Shown: piece after piece, positions 36,432 through 50,283 of the stretch
Layout of the letters: the number at the start of each line of letters is the position of its first letter
Numbering within the stretch: position 1 is the stretch's first letter
NCBI GenBank assembly: GCA_907165135.1
Contig: OU015568.1
Span: 10,168,001 to 10,232,000, forward strand
Direction: 5' to 3'
Length of the DNA: 64,000 nt
From: Oikopleura dioica
Taxonomy: Eukaryota; Animalia; Chordata
Notes under the pieces: generated by a model
Databases searched by the model: none
Seen by the model: only the letters and a program-made list of their open reading frames with translations
Told to the model about the DNA's origin: nothing
Program-made: the position numbers and the translations under genes

Positions 36432-37591
36432 ATGTCTCGGCGACGGGATATGGTTCGCGTTGAAAACGCCGCGTCCAAGATTTATGTTGGCAATTTGGGA
36501 GACTATGGAGACAAGGCCGAACTTGAGCGGGCCTTTGAAAAATATGGGGAAGTTATTTCCGTATGGTCACGGGTCGCAAAATCGATTTCAGGAGCATTTA
36601 GATGTTTTTCTTTTGTTCATAAGATTTCTACATATCATTTTTCCGCAGTGTTATCATATTTTCAATCGAGGATAACTGAAATTTACGGCGCCAAAAGCCT
36701 GGGCTTTTTTCGTTTCGTGCGGGGGCGACCCCTTGCCCATTGCCGCGCATAAAAACGAAGGCCACCGGTTGGTTCTACATTGAAATTTAGGACCACTCAA
36801 TTTCTTTTCATTTTTTACCATCTACGGCAAGGAAACAACTCGAAAACAGAGATTCTACGATAGAATGGAAGTTTCCCTGGTAGTTTTAACGAATAGTTGG
36901 AGCTTTAATCAGATTCCGAATTTGTCAAAAATGGTTTTCCATTTTTCGAAAAATCAATCCGATACCAAGTTTTGCCACCCTAAAAACAGGTTGCACGACG
37001 GCCAACTGGCTTTGCCTTTATCGAAATGAAGGATCCTGACGACGCTGAAGGTTCGTCGATTGTGTGTTAGAGTCTCTCTCACTTTGACACTACATTTACC
37101 TTCACTTTCTTCCCCGTTTATTAGACGCCGTTAAATCTCTTGATGGAAGAGAAATTTGCGGACAACGAGTCCGTGTTGAAATGCGCAAGTCTCACAGAAG
37201 AATCGGCGGCGAAGACCGGTAAAAAAACGTGTATTATGCGTTGATTTTTACGTTGATTTTCAGTGGTCGCCGGGATCGTTACCGAAGTCGATCCAGATCT
37301 CGTGATCGAGGAGGACGTGGTGGAAGAGATCGACGTTCCCGTTCACCTCGGTAAGTTCAAGTCTAAAAAATCGGTTGCCTGGTTGTTTAGTTGATAAAAA
37401 ATACTTTCGGGTTGGCGCACAACCGATTTGTCTAAACCTGGCGCTGATTATATCGAAAGCGAAAGATAACTTAAGTTAAAGTAAAATTTTTCAGACGTCG
37501 AAGAAGCCGATCCTACAGTCGATCGCCAAGAAGATCTCCAAGAAGATCCCCAAGATACTCTCGATCCCGATCTCGATCTCGTTCGCGATAA
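36432..37591 (+). CDS. SRSF3: SR splicing factor, SRSF3/SRp20-like (RRM plus RS domain, no zinc knuckle)
   Basis: KIYVGNLG..ELERAFEKYG..VARRPTGFAFIEM..DAVKSLDGREICGQRVRVEM, then RS/SP repeats. TTTTTCAG acceptor about 27 nt before the ATG. Confidence 0.88.
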
Positions 37592-37842
37592 CTCGCAAAA
37601 CACCGCCTTGCTGAAGATTTCGCTGACTGTAACTGTGCCCTCATCGACTTCAGCAACGGCCTACTCTCCCACTTTTCTCTCTCTTGACTTACTACATGGG
37701 GTTATATCACCACGCGGCAACTAAGAAAATTTGGACTAAAGTAACTCATCCTTGTTATTCAAAACGAAATTTCACACTGCCCCTTACTCAGTATCAGTGA
37801 AGCACGACACTTTATTTTATCCATACAGTTCAGACTCTGACA

Positions 37843-40800
37843 ATGACTTCGAATCGCTGCGCACCTCAATTCCTCAAGCCTCTATCTGGAACGATGGAGA
37901 TCACTGAGGGCGAAGAGCTCGTACTAGACGTCACAGTGCACGGAAAACCTGCTCCAGAAGTCGAGTGGACTCTAAATGGCGATGAAATTAAAGTCTGCCG
38001 CCCCTTGGTCAATGATAAACATCATCGGCTGGTCATCCCCGCAGTGTCCAAACAACACACAGGTTATTTCAAGTGTTTCATAAAAGATTTTAACGCTTGC
38101 TCAGGAGAGTACCGCGCTTCTGTTCAAAATTCCTCCGGACGCGTCAGTTCTGCGCTTTGGCTCGCCGTTGTGCCTAAAAAAACCCGACGCTCAGCATATG
38201 TCGCTAATAGAAGTGGCTCAATGAATGCGAACAATTCGAACTCGATCTATTTCTCTAATCCACTCGCTACTTCATCAATGAGAGAGGAACGGTCGTATGG
38301 GAGCTTAGGAAGAGCCGGATCCGTTGAGAGCCTGACAGGGGCGCGAAGAGCGCCAGGTTTTCTCAGCAGACCGAAGCCGTCTGTTATCCGCCCGGGTGAA
38401 GAGATAACTCTCAAAGCGAGTCTCCTTGGCCAGCCTTCGCCGAGAGTCACTTGGGAGAAGAATGGACGGCTTGTGGCAGAAGATGAGAGAACAACGATAT
38501 CATCTGAGGGAAAGCAGCATGTTTTGAGCATCGTACGAGCGTGTCATTCTGATAGGTAAGAAGACTTCTACTAGCCATTCTAATTCATTTTTTTAGTGGA
38601 ACTTACAAAATCACTGCGAGAAATCCACTTGGGCGGCAACACGCGAGTGCGACTATTCGTGTAAGTGAGACTGCTGAATCGATTTCAAAAACGCACTCGA
38701 CATCAACAGAGGAAGATCGGGTTTCTTCATCTCAAGGATCGTCCCAAAATCGAAGCTACGCGGTCCTTGGTCGAAGCCCGAATCTACAAATGAACACTGC
38801 CCCTCCAGAGCGATCGACCTATTTGTCCATGGATAAAACTTATGAGAATACCGATACGTATACGGTCGCGCGAGATTATGACTTGGAATCGACTGGCTCG
38901 AACAAGTCCATTCAAAGTATTCGCAGTTCTCTGAAGGCGCTGTCAGTCACAAGTCGCTCAGATCATTCGGACACGCAGCGCTCGATCCCGTCCATTCCTT
39001 ACTCGAGCCACACTTCAACAATTGCTCCCCCTTGCGTGACAGAGCCGCTAGAAACAGTCATATCCGAGGTTGGCTCGTATGTCACGATAGAAGCGACAGT
39101 GATTGGGGGTGTAGGTGAGCCAGTTTGGCGCTTCAATGGATCATCTGAGCTTCCAAATGGCATATTTCATCGGCGATTTGGCGACAAATACAGATTGCGA
39201 GTGCGTGGAATCCACGAAGATCTTTTTGGAGAGTACTCGCTGACAGTGACGAATGCTGGCGGCTCTGAAACAGTTTCCTGCTTCATCCATAACAAAAACA
39301 TTCCCGTGGATCAGGGAATTCAGACAGCAGCAGATACTCCTGTTAACTTCAAAAAAACCTTGTCCGATGCGACTTACGTCGAAGGCGACTCCCTCAAATT
39401 AAGCGCTGAGTTAGAAGGATATTCGGAGCCAATCGTGAGATGGTTCTTCGAGGATGAGCGTTTTGAGACCTCAGAAGAAAATGACATCCATTTGGTTCAA
39501 AATGGGTCGATCTACGAGCTGCATGTGAAAAACTTACTCGTCGACGATTCTGGAACCTACACGATTGTTGCCCAGCATCCGATAACATCAGCCACTATTG
39601 AGAGTCAATGTGAAGTCACCGTCCGCCAGGCGCCTCCTTCTCTTATTCATGTTCCTGCAGAAATTCGAGTTCGCGCTGGCCACGGATTCAGTTTAGAGGT
39701 CGAGGCAACCTGTACGAGAGTAACTTGGAGCTTTGACGATCAAGTTGCAGAAATGATAGCGCCAAATCGTTTCATGTTCTCTGTTGACAACTGTACTCAA
39801 GGTGGAAGGATCACAATCATTGCGGAAAATGAAACTGGTGTGGATGAAGGCACTACCAATTTAATCGTCGTTGATCCGCCAGTTAATCCGCCGCGAATAA
39901 TCCAAGATCTTCCTTCTGAGGCAGAGGCAAAGCTTGGCGAGCCAATCATGCTTACGATTAAGTACACTGGCCTTGCGACGAGTATAACCTGGATGCTAAA
40001 TGATGCGCCACTACCCGTATTCATTGATGTTTATTCAAGAACTTTGGCAGAAGGGGGTTACTCACAGATATCGATTGAGAAGATGGCCTTAGAGTGCGAA
40101 GGATTACTGACATGTTTGATTGCGAACAAGTCTCATACTAAAGTTTCTAAATGCAACATTCGATACACGAGGGTCGCTCCTGATTTCACATCCACGCCTG
40201 TTGAACAGATATCCGTCAACGAGGGCAGTCCACTTGTTCTCGGTTGCGAATTCACTGGTGTGCCAGTTCCAACTGTTACGTGGATGAAGAATAAAGAGCC
40301 TGTGACAAATGCGCTCTTTACGGAGAACGAGTCAGTGTCAAAGCTTGAGATTGCGTCGACAACTGAAGATGATGAAGGCCAATACCATCTCATAGTTCAA
40401 AACGAAGCTGGACTCGCATCATACACTGTCAACGTCAAGGTCAATCAAAAAATACCAGAGCCACCGCGCGAAGAAACTGAACCAGCAGCCATTATCGAAC
40501 ATCTCAAGGATAAGACATTTATCGAGCAAGACGATATTGTGCTGCGATGTCGAGTGACTGGAAAACCGACACCGACAATATGCTGGTATTTTCTCGAGGA
40601 ATTGATTTGGGAAGGACCGCCAGATGACGAAGGACTTACGGAACTCGTTCTCAAGGATTGCTGGGCAGAGGATATGGGCAAATACTCAGTAAAAGGTAAG
40701 ATTTTCGTTGACATAAGACCAATATTATGTTTTAAGCGACAAATTCTACTGGATCAGTCTCTTCATCATGCTACGTAAAGGTACATCTCCGAATCCGGCC

Positions 40801-42907
40801 GATGCATGAGCAACAAGTCGCTGTTGAACCGATGGAAACGATCGTCGAAGTCTCTGAGCATTCACGCACGACTTCAGCTGATTCTCATCGTACCGAACAG
40901 GTAATGAACTTCTGTTTTCGCTTTTATTTACTTTGATTTCGTTAGAATGAGTCTGAGTGGGATGAAAACCCGAATATTACCTTGACGATGGCTAATTTCG
41001 AAGAGAAGCAATCCGAGGCAGAAGCTGAGTCGGGCAACAGCGATGTTTTTATCCGACGAGAAGTGACAGCAACTGAATATTTCACGGCCGTTGATAAATC
41101 TGATGCTGAAAATCGAACGTTCACCGTCGAAAATTTGAAATTTGACAAATTAAGGGTTAGTTCTCAAGAGAATTCTTCCTTCGTTGATAACAGCGTGCTG
41201 CCTGCTCAAAACGAGACATATACGGTCGACAAATTTTCACTCTCGGCAGTTCGTGAACAAAGTGCCCCAGAATTCGTCCAAGCCTCCGATGACGCTGCGA
41301 AAGATGGGAAACCGTTTGGATGGACCTTTGTAAGAGGAAAATATAGAGTGTTGAGTTTTGAAAATTATTTTTAAGGAAATCAGTAACTGTGATCAGCTTT
41401 CGATTCAGAGGATAAATGACGATGAAGCGATCGATTTGGAAATCGACGGTTCTGACTTTATTCTCGAGCGAGTTGAAAACACTTTCAAATTCAGCATTCG
41501 TGAAGTGTTTCCTGATGATGCAGGACTATACCAGGTAGCTTTGATCGAATATCTGCGATTTGTTACAAAATTCTAGCTGGTGGCGTCCAATGAATTCGCT
41601 TCTTCCTCGAAGACGTTAAATTTGTCAGTCGAGAAAGATGGGTCGGAGCCTAAAATTGTTAAAAGACCTTCTTCCGCAGAGGTAGGTCAAAGCCCATTGA
41701 CAATGGTTCATCTTTATTAAGGTTCACGAAAACGACCTTCTCACATTGTCAGCACTAACAGTAGGAGATCCTATGCCAGATGTCTGCTGGAAATTGAATG
41801 ATCGCACTTTTACTGAAGGACGGACGGATGGAGTCACAGTGACCGTCAACTATGAGGATGATCAAGTTTGCTCAACCTTGAAAATTCTCAAATTTGACAA
41901 ATCACTTGCAGGAAAAGCGCTCTTTGTAGCTCAAAATGTTCATGCTGAGGTAAGATATGTTACTATTAGAATTTTCTAACAAAAATAAGGTTCAAGCGCC
42001 GTTTTATCTCACTCTCATTCGTCCAGACTCAGCCCCGAAGTCTTCTTCTGATGATACAGGCGTCAACCAGTTTGACTTCCGATCCCAGCTCAAATCCAGG
42101 GTCGAAACAAGATCAGTAACTGCTGACGACCTTCGATCTCATGAAGTCGAGCAAGTTGATTTCCGCTCCAATCTCAAGAAGTCGAAAACAGCTGAAAACC
42201 TTGCTGACATGGAGGACGAAGAGCCTGAGAGTCTTGATGAGCTCCACAAAGCTCTAGCGAAGCGTCTTGCAAAACAGCAGAACAATCCATCGACAAGGTA
42301 ATTTTTGTTGATTCTGAACATCTTTTTTATCTAGAATATCTTTAGCTCTGAGTCAGACGGAGATCAACGAGGACCATACGCTGAGAATTCCGCTGCTTCG
42401 TCGTCTTCGAAAGCTTCCACGGTCCAGCAAGTCATTGCTCATTCTGAAGAGCCCGTACATTCCCAGCCCCTGGAAACCTCTGACGCTAATGTAGAGCGAG
42501 TGGATGACGCAGATGTCCGTCAAGGTCCCTTCCCGCGATTTCTGAAACCTCTAACTCATAGGGAATTTGCTCTTGGACAGCCTTTTGAGCTGTCTGTTGA
42601 AGTCATTCATGCGGATGAGGTCATTTGGACACTTGAAGATCAAGTTATTGAGGCAGAGCCTGAAGAGGGGCTTCATGTTCTTACGGAAGCTGGAACTTCT
42701 TTTCCAGCTTATCCAGAAGGTAAGATCTACCCAACTATCAAGCAAATCAACAAAATTATTTTAGGAAAGACACACATTCTACGCGTCGCAAGTTCGATGA
42801 TGGAAGACACAGGCACATACGAAGTTTTCCTCAAGAACGCCTCGGGAACGTCGAGCTCAGCTGCATCTATAAGCATTTATGCCCCAAAAGACAACGAAGC
42901 CACATAA
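37843..42907 (+). CDS. Multi-Ig (I-set) protein resembling long smooth-muscle MYLK, with DFRxxL motifs but no kinase domain
   Basis: About ten I-set domains (APQFLKPL..HGKPAPEVEW; APGFLSRP..GQPSPRVTW; GVPVPTVTW; GKPTPTICW), two DFRxxL motifs at 42074 and 42158, stop at 42907, then a long 3' UTR with AATAAA near 43313. Confidence 0.8.
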
Positions 42908-43400
42908 AAACTTTCTTATTTTTTTACATCACATTTCACCGCGCCCTGCCTCTTTTTCACTATTTCTGTATTCGAATTTCACCATTCCCGTTTTTACCAT
43001 TCTATAATTCATTTCTTATAACTCATTCACATTCACCATACTGTAGCCTTTCGAGATTTTGCCTATTCACTGTACTTCTTTTTGATTCACAAGCTCTTTT
43101 CCTGAAAAAAACTACTCTTTCACAATTCCTGCAATAATTCTAACCAAATACGTACTATTTTAACATCGGCGTTGGCAGGATTCCAACGCACTTTTTGCTC
43201 ACTTTTCCATTACTCAAGTTCACTCGTCTCCCCGTACCCTTTATCAAAATAGCCACCAACTTTAATTCTTACTGCGCAAATTCTCTTTTTACGCTAACTC
43301 GTTATTTATTCAATAAAAACGCTTTCGAGTAAAATGAAAAACAAAGGCATAAGATATTTTATTGAAGATTATATAAAAATCTAGTCGAGATCGAAGTCGG

Positions 43401-46128
43401 ATGCGGACATGCCTTGTGAGAGGCCTTTTATTAGGCCTAATAGGCCCTATATTGGCAGTGTATGGCAAGCAGGTTCATTTGAACAAAGCTGATATTACCA
43501 AGCAAGTCCATGGCATGTTCAGGTAGAGCTTACTTTTCCTTGGACAAGAGCGACATTTTCTAGGCATGCGTACGACAGTTACATGCTTTATGCGTATCCT
43601 GCTGATGAGCTCATGCCTCTAAGCTGCGAGGGTAGAACACGTGGCGTCACAAAATCGAGGGGAGAAGTTGACGATGCTCTTGGAAACTTCCAACTCACGC
43701 TTATCGACTCTTTGGATACACTTGCCCTTCTTGGGTACGTGGACGAGTTCAAAGATGCCGTTGTGAAGCTCAATAAGACGTTGAATCTTGACGGCGACTT
43801 CATCATTTCGACATTTGAGACAAACATTCGAGTTCTTGGCGGGCTACTTGGAGGTCACGCTATGGCACTCGAGCTTGCTGACATGGGCAAAATGGATGTA
43901 AGTTTAAGACGCGTTTTTAATTCTCTTATGAATCAATTCTTAGTACGATAATTGCATTCTTCGCTTTGCCAAAATTATGGGCGACAAACTCCTTCCCGCT
44001 TTCAACACAACAACTGGAATTCCAATGTCCAGAATTAACCTGAAAACTGGAAACGTGAAAAAGAGCCAACCAGAGACCTGTACAGCCTGCGCGGGAACTT
44101 TGATTCTTGAGTTTGCCGCCCTCTCACGCTTTACCGGTGATAGTACTTATGAAGAAAAAGCTCGAATCGCACTTGACTCTATTTGGAAGAAACGGCATCA
44201 CGGATCAGGACTTGTTGGAACAGTCATAAATGTAAACAATGGCGATTGGGTCAGAAGAGAAAGCGGTATTGGGGCTGGCATTGATTCTTATTACGAGTAC
44301 TTGCTGAAAGCCTACATTCTTCTTGGAGATGAGGCCTATTTGGAGCGATTTAATGTTCATTACGACGCTATCAAAAGATTTATTCAACAAGGACCAATGA
44401 TGATCGATGTCCATATGCATCGTCCGACTGAGCAATCCAGGTCGTTTATCGACTCTTTATCTGCTTTTTGGCCGGGTGTTCAGGTATCTTAAGTTAATAT
44501 GAAACGAAATTAACGATTTTAGGTGTTGAAAGGCGATATTCAATCCGCTGTTGAAATACATGAGCTTCTTTATCAAGTGTTCCAGAAATACGGCTTCATT
44601 CCTGAAGCTTTCACTCATAAATTCGATGTTCACTGGGGTCAAAATCCCCTTCGCCCAGAATTCGCAGAGTCTACTTACTTATTATATAAAGCTACTCATG
44701 ATCCTTACTATTTACAGGTATTATTTCAAGAATAAAACAGGTTTTAATTTGCTTCAGGTTGGCCTCGATATCATCAATACGCTAGAAACCTACGCTCGAA
44801 AACGCTGTGGCTACGCTGGAATCAAAGATGTTCGCAAAAAGAATCACGAAGATAGGATGGACTCATTCTTCCTCGCTGAAATGTTCAAATATCTCTATCT
44901 TTTATTCGCCGATGACTCCGAGCTTTTAATTGATCCAAGTAAATTCGTCTTTACAACGGAAGCTCATCTCCTTCCCATGTGGTTGTCTTCTTTCAAAAAC
45001 CACACGAAACATGTAGAGCCGACTTTCTCGAAGACAAATCCAGATGGCTCTCCTGAAAAATCGTGCCCAAATCCAAGAGCTGATAACAAGTCGGGCACGC
45101 TTTTTGACACAGCCACGTTGGAAATCTGGAGAGAAAACTCAAGAGCTTGGATTCAAAAGAATTCCAAGGCCAAAAAGGTAGGAATGGGTCATTTTTCGGT
45201 TTAAAGAACACGTCTTTAGTCGCAAAAAATGAAGTCTCAAGGCAAGGCGGACATAAACATGGCAACTCATATCCGTCTCCGTGCTAAAGACTACATTCCA
45301 GGAAACGAAGAGCACGAAAAGCTCCTCAACCGGATGGGAATTCACGTTGAAATGACCCATACCGGGCAAACACAACTAATTCATAAAGCTGAACTTGCTG
45401 TTTCCACTGCTGCTGCCAACGAAGGGCTTGTTTTTATGTCAGAAATGATCGAGCTGAACAAGGAGGCAGAAAAGAACTCTTCCTTGGATACGATGCGTTT
45501 TTTCGGAGTGCTCATCGACGGAAAAGAGGGATTCACTTCCCTCGCTGGTCCTGCCCAGTTTGGTGATGACTTCTATGAAAGTCCTTTAATAGGAGAAGTT
45601 GCATACGGTAATAGAGAATATCAGAGACATCTTCATGTGATTTTAGGACAACCGAGCCATGGATGCTCCAGTCTTACGAATCCAAAAGATATGCAAGGAA
45701 AAATTGTGGTACTTTATCGTGGTGAATGTATGTTCGCTAAAAAAGTTCTCAACGCAGAGCAAGCTGGTGCTATCGGTGCGATCATTATTGATAACAAAAA
45801 AGATACAAGGTAAGACTTCATTTTAATTAATTCGCTCCTCTATTGGTGCTTGTAGCGCTGATACAAACACACTGTTTTCAATGGCTCCTGATGGCGAGTC
45901 AACTGTCAAAATCGGCTCCGTATTCTTAGGAAGTAGAGAGGGAAATAAACTGGAAAAGCTGACTAGAAAATATGGTAGTGTTTCCGTACTGTTAAGTCAC
46001 TCGGAAGTGAACCTGAAACACTTCTACTCCCTTGCTAAGGTAACCCTCATTTACTAGCTGAGCATCATACAATTTTATAGAACCCAAAGCCACACCTTAA
46101 CGCGTCACATGATCCCGACGAGCTCTAG
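43401..46128 (+). CDS. EDEM3: ER degradation-enhancing alpha-mannosidase-like 3 (GH47 plus PA domain)
   Basis: Signal peptide; [86 protein letters not shown] domain RGECMFAKK; ends HDPDEL*. Confidence 0.95.
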
Positions 46129-46627
46129 ATAGAAGCGAAACCTATCCCAACCAAACCAGCAGTGCAATAAAAAACAACGCTTCCCTTATCGCACCACGTG
46201 ATGAAAACGAACTGGTGCAAAACTGGCGTAACTTCTCTCTTTATGTTCCATTTTTGTGTTCCTGTGTTGATAAAAAATCGTTGATAAAGTCTTTTTCTTT
46301 CCGACATTTCTAAAGTTTGAAGTTTGTCATCAATGCGTTTCAAAAATGACAATCAAACACCCAGCCTATCAAACATACCCATCATTCTTACCCACGTTAC
46401 AATTATATTCGAAAGCTCAAAGTAAAAAAAAAAGAATTAAAAATAGCTTCTACGAGCTTTATTACCTGTGCAAAGTTTTATTCTCAAAAATCTGAAAATT
46501 TCTGTCGCTCTATTCCCACTTGCTTCAAAGTCATTTTAACTATTTAGCGTGTAAAGTTATATTGCTTAATATAGTTCATGAATTCATCTCATTTCATCCC
46601 AATTACAATTCAGATGCATTAAAAACA

Positions 46628-49600
46628 ATGAAACAACTTTTCGGCGCACTTCTACTGCCAGTTGTCTTCTGTCAGCAGTCCTATTTTATCGCCAAGAAAA
46701 CATACGCCGATTGTAGTCAGACAGAGTTTTTCGATCCTGCCACTTTGACCTGCGTGAGCTGCCCTTCTAACTCTGGAACGACTTCGCTTCACCCCAACGA
46801 GTGTAAATGCAATAAGGGCTTTACAACAAGCTACAGTCTTGATAGCAGTTCCATTCTTGTTCTCACCTGTACTGCATGTTCTGGAGCGGTTTCTTTGGAT
46901 GGAACTGCGTGCTACACTTGCGGCTCTGGAAGCACTCTTGATGCTTCTTCCGGGCGCTGTGTCTGCGACAATTCTGAAGAAATTCTTGATGAGCGAAATC
47001 CAGATGGGTCTTTCAAAACCACTGTGACATGTGGAGCTTGTACATCTGCATACACAACAAATAGCGAGTCTGATCAATGCATTTCCTGTCCTTTCGAACT
47101 ACCATTGCCGAATTCTAACGAGTGTTCATGTTCTGTCGCGAATTCCGTTGGCGATGTCTGTTTTGCCCAAGCTCAATCTGTCAATCCAGAAACAACGATC
47201 ACTCGGAATGGGCAGCAGCTTTCCTCGGATCTTTTCACCGAAAATCTAATGACTTCTTATCAAAAGTGCCTTGATGGCAAAGACTCAACGGCTTGTAATT
47301 TTTTGGCCAATCTTTGTGTTCTTCAATTGACTACAACTAGCGGCTCGGCTTGCAATCTTCTCTTGGAAGTTCAAACCAATCGCCAGCCACTGACGACCAT
47401 TCAAGGTTGGCGCGAGCAGTTTCCATGGATCATCCTCGCAGACAGCGATTACCAGACTCTCACGACTTACACTGGGATCGAAAAGAGCTTTGACTATCAA
47501 TCTGCCCTTGATATAACGATCGCTACGTACAGTGTCAATGGTACATTCCTTGGTTTTCAAAAAGTAACAAAAGGTCTGCTTCAATTATGCAAATTATACG
47601 ACAATCATCTTGAAAAACTCTGGTCCTTTGGTGCCCCTGTACAACAGACATGCTCTATTACTGTCGAAAACTTGCCTGCAAATACGAAATTCATGGACTT
47701 GTATTTGGAAGATAATAACAAACTCTATCCGCTTCCCGTAGAAACTTCATGCGATAGCACTTGTGGAGCTAGCGTTAATCCTGCGTTACAGTTTACTCGG
47801 CGAATATTTACGGCTGATACTGTCAGCAATGCAGAGTACACTCGCGTTCTCAAGTCACTCACGATTTCGACAGAGATCAAGGAAGACGGCACAATTTTTC
47901 CTCCACAGATTTCTGCAGTTTATGGCGACGTGAATAACGCAGATGGCGCTGCTGCCGATATATCCTTCGAGATAAAGTACATAAAAGCTGCTGAAACAGA
48001 AGAAGAAAAATGGAAAATCGTTCTCGGTGTTCTCGTTGGCGTCTTCTTTTTCATCTCCTTGATCCCATTCATTTCCTGGAATCGACGAAATGGAACGATG
48101 ATGCTAGACGGAACGATGATAATCAAGTTCCTTCTATCTATCCTCGATGGGCTTGCCTGGGCAATGTTCGTTACTTCCGTTTCGTTTGCTGTCTATACCT
48201 TCTTTGCAAACAATAGCGTCGATCCTGGACAGCTTCCAGAAGACCAGTCGACCCTTTTCATCACCGTCACTGTACTTGCCTTCGTTTTCAAGACGATCAA
48301 CGTGATCCACATCGTCCTGGACCAAAGCTACGCAGACGTCTTTTTCATCGACTGGGAGCGCGAGCGGCCGTTAGCAGAAGGAGATCAGTCCATGAAAAAG
48401 ACCACGGCTTCGAAGATCTCGATCTGGAGAACAATTCTAGCGGCAAATGAATGGTCAGAGATCCAAACAACAAGGAAAACCTCCATTACGCTGCAACTCT
48501 TTGTCGTTATCTTCGTTCTTGAGGGTATTTTGAGCGTTCTGCTAAACTAAAAATCTTTCTTGAAATATTTAGTTCTCAATTTCGACAACTATGGCTGCAC
48601 AACACCGAATCAATCGCCTGCGTTCAAATTCAATTGCGAAAACGACGCACTGAGACAAGACTCGCTGTATCTCCGAGCTGGATTAGCCATGATCGTATAT
48701 GGATCTACCGCACTCGCGCAGTACATTGTCAATCGTCTGATTATTTCAATGTTTTTCAATCCAATCTTGAATTTTATCGATCTCCTGTCGGTTATGAATG
48801 TCTCGTTGTTTACTCTCACCCATAGACAGTGAGTGAAAACATCGTTTATTAATTTTTATGCTTCTCCTAAGGTTTGGATACTATGTTCATGGAAAAAGTG
48901 TTCATGGTCGTGCGGATACTGACATGCTTGACTTGCAAAACTGCTTGCGTCGTGAAGCGAATGGCCAAACTGGCACTAGAGGCCTTGAACCAGGACAAGA
49001 CATAACGGTGAGGTTAATATATTGTCAGAAGACGTTGAAATGGTCGTTTAGACTTTCGAAATCAAAGTTACCAATGAATTCCGCCAGTACTACGACACAT
49101 TTTACCGCGCAGCCATGGTTGGCAACTCTATGGGCGCGGCTAATGAGGACGAACAGAACAAGTCTCAAGTGGAGTCATATCGCCGTCTCAACACATTTTT
49201 GCAAAAGTTCTTCATGCACGGACTTCCAAGCTTGAAACTTCAGTTTAATTCAAAGGGTCTTTGGGAGAAGTTCCTTGATATTGAATTCTCAAACCAACCA
49301 CAGCCAGTTATCTCCGATATGTACCGAGGTAAAAGTAGGATATAGAAACATTTTTATGCCTTCTTCAGATCAACGAGGTGAAACGATCGGAAATGCGCTC
49401 TTCTACGGCAACGAATCACATTTAGTTGTCTTCGAAATTCTATCATTCGTCGTCTTTGACATTGCATTTACTTCATTCATCCTTGCAGGTATCCTCATCA
49501 GTTGAAGCAGACTCTAATCTTCCCTAGCTGTGATTACCTACATCCTGAGCCGAATCATCCGCTTCCTGCGCCAAAACCTAGCCCGACGCAATCTCTCTTC

Positions 49601-49634
49601 CCGCACTATGATCGACAAGCGCTTCCTTGTATAA
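46628..49634 (+). CDS. TMEM67: Meckelin (transition-zone membrane protein)
   Basis: Signal peptide, Cys-rich ectodomain, CNFLANLCVL, DVFFIDWER, SIWRTILAANEWSEIQT, FGYYVHGKSVHGRADT, LFYGNE, C-terminal IDKRFLV*. Confidence 0.95.
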
Positions 49635-50283
49635 AACCAACACAATCCACTGCATATTTTTTACAAATTTTCTTTTTCTACTCTTGTTTCATTATATTTT
49701 TAATAACAAAAATTGTTCAAACGCTTTTGTGTTCACCCTCTTTATTTCTGTTTTTAATGATGGCAGGGGCCCTGGAATTGGGTAAAAATTGGAGGTTTTT
49801 AAGTTGCTTCGTATATTTTGATGATGTTTGTTGAGCTGACTGGCTTTCTGCAAGTCGGACATCTTTAAAATTCTCGTTAACAGGGTACTTTTATGCGGGA
49901 GTTACTTGTTGAGATGTGTGCTGCCTCGTTTTGACTTCTCAGAAATCGTTTTCGCACATTCATAGCATAAAACATGACCACAGCCGGCAAAAATGCACCG
50001 ATGGCTTTAATATTTATTATAATGAGATTGATTGTTAGGTGATTCTGACTCACTGGGATTTATGATCGTATGAATTCATGCAAATCTGGCAGGTGGAAAA
50101 GTTTTCGACTTTTTGATCTAACTATTGTAGAAGAAGGATTTAGTGACCGCGAATTTATTCCTAGGTTGACTTACTTCATTGTTCTTTTCGGTGACCTCTA
50201 CCACAAGTTGATTTAGCGCTATTTAAGGGTGTCCTTTTAGCGGATTTTGATTTATTACAGGCTTGAAGCACTGTAGAAAAAGC

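Noticed and set aside
37744-37751. ACTCATCC, resembling the start of the Oikopleura spliced leader as I recall it
   Set aside because: Only 8 nt match; no donor site or Sm-binding site follows.
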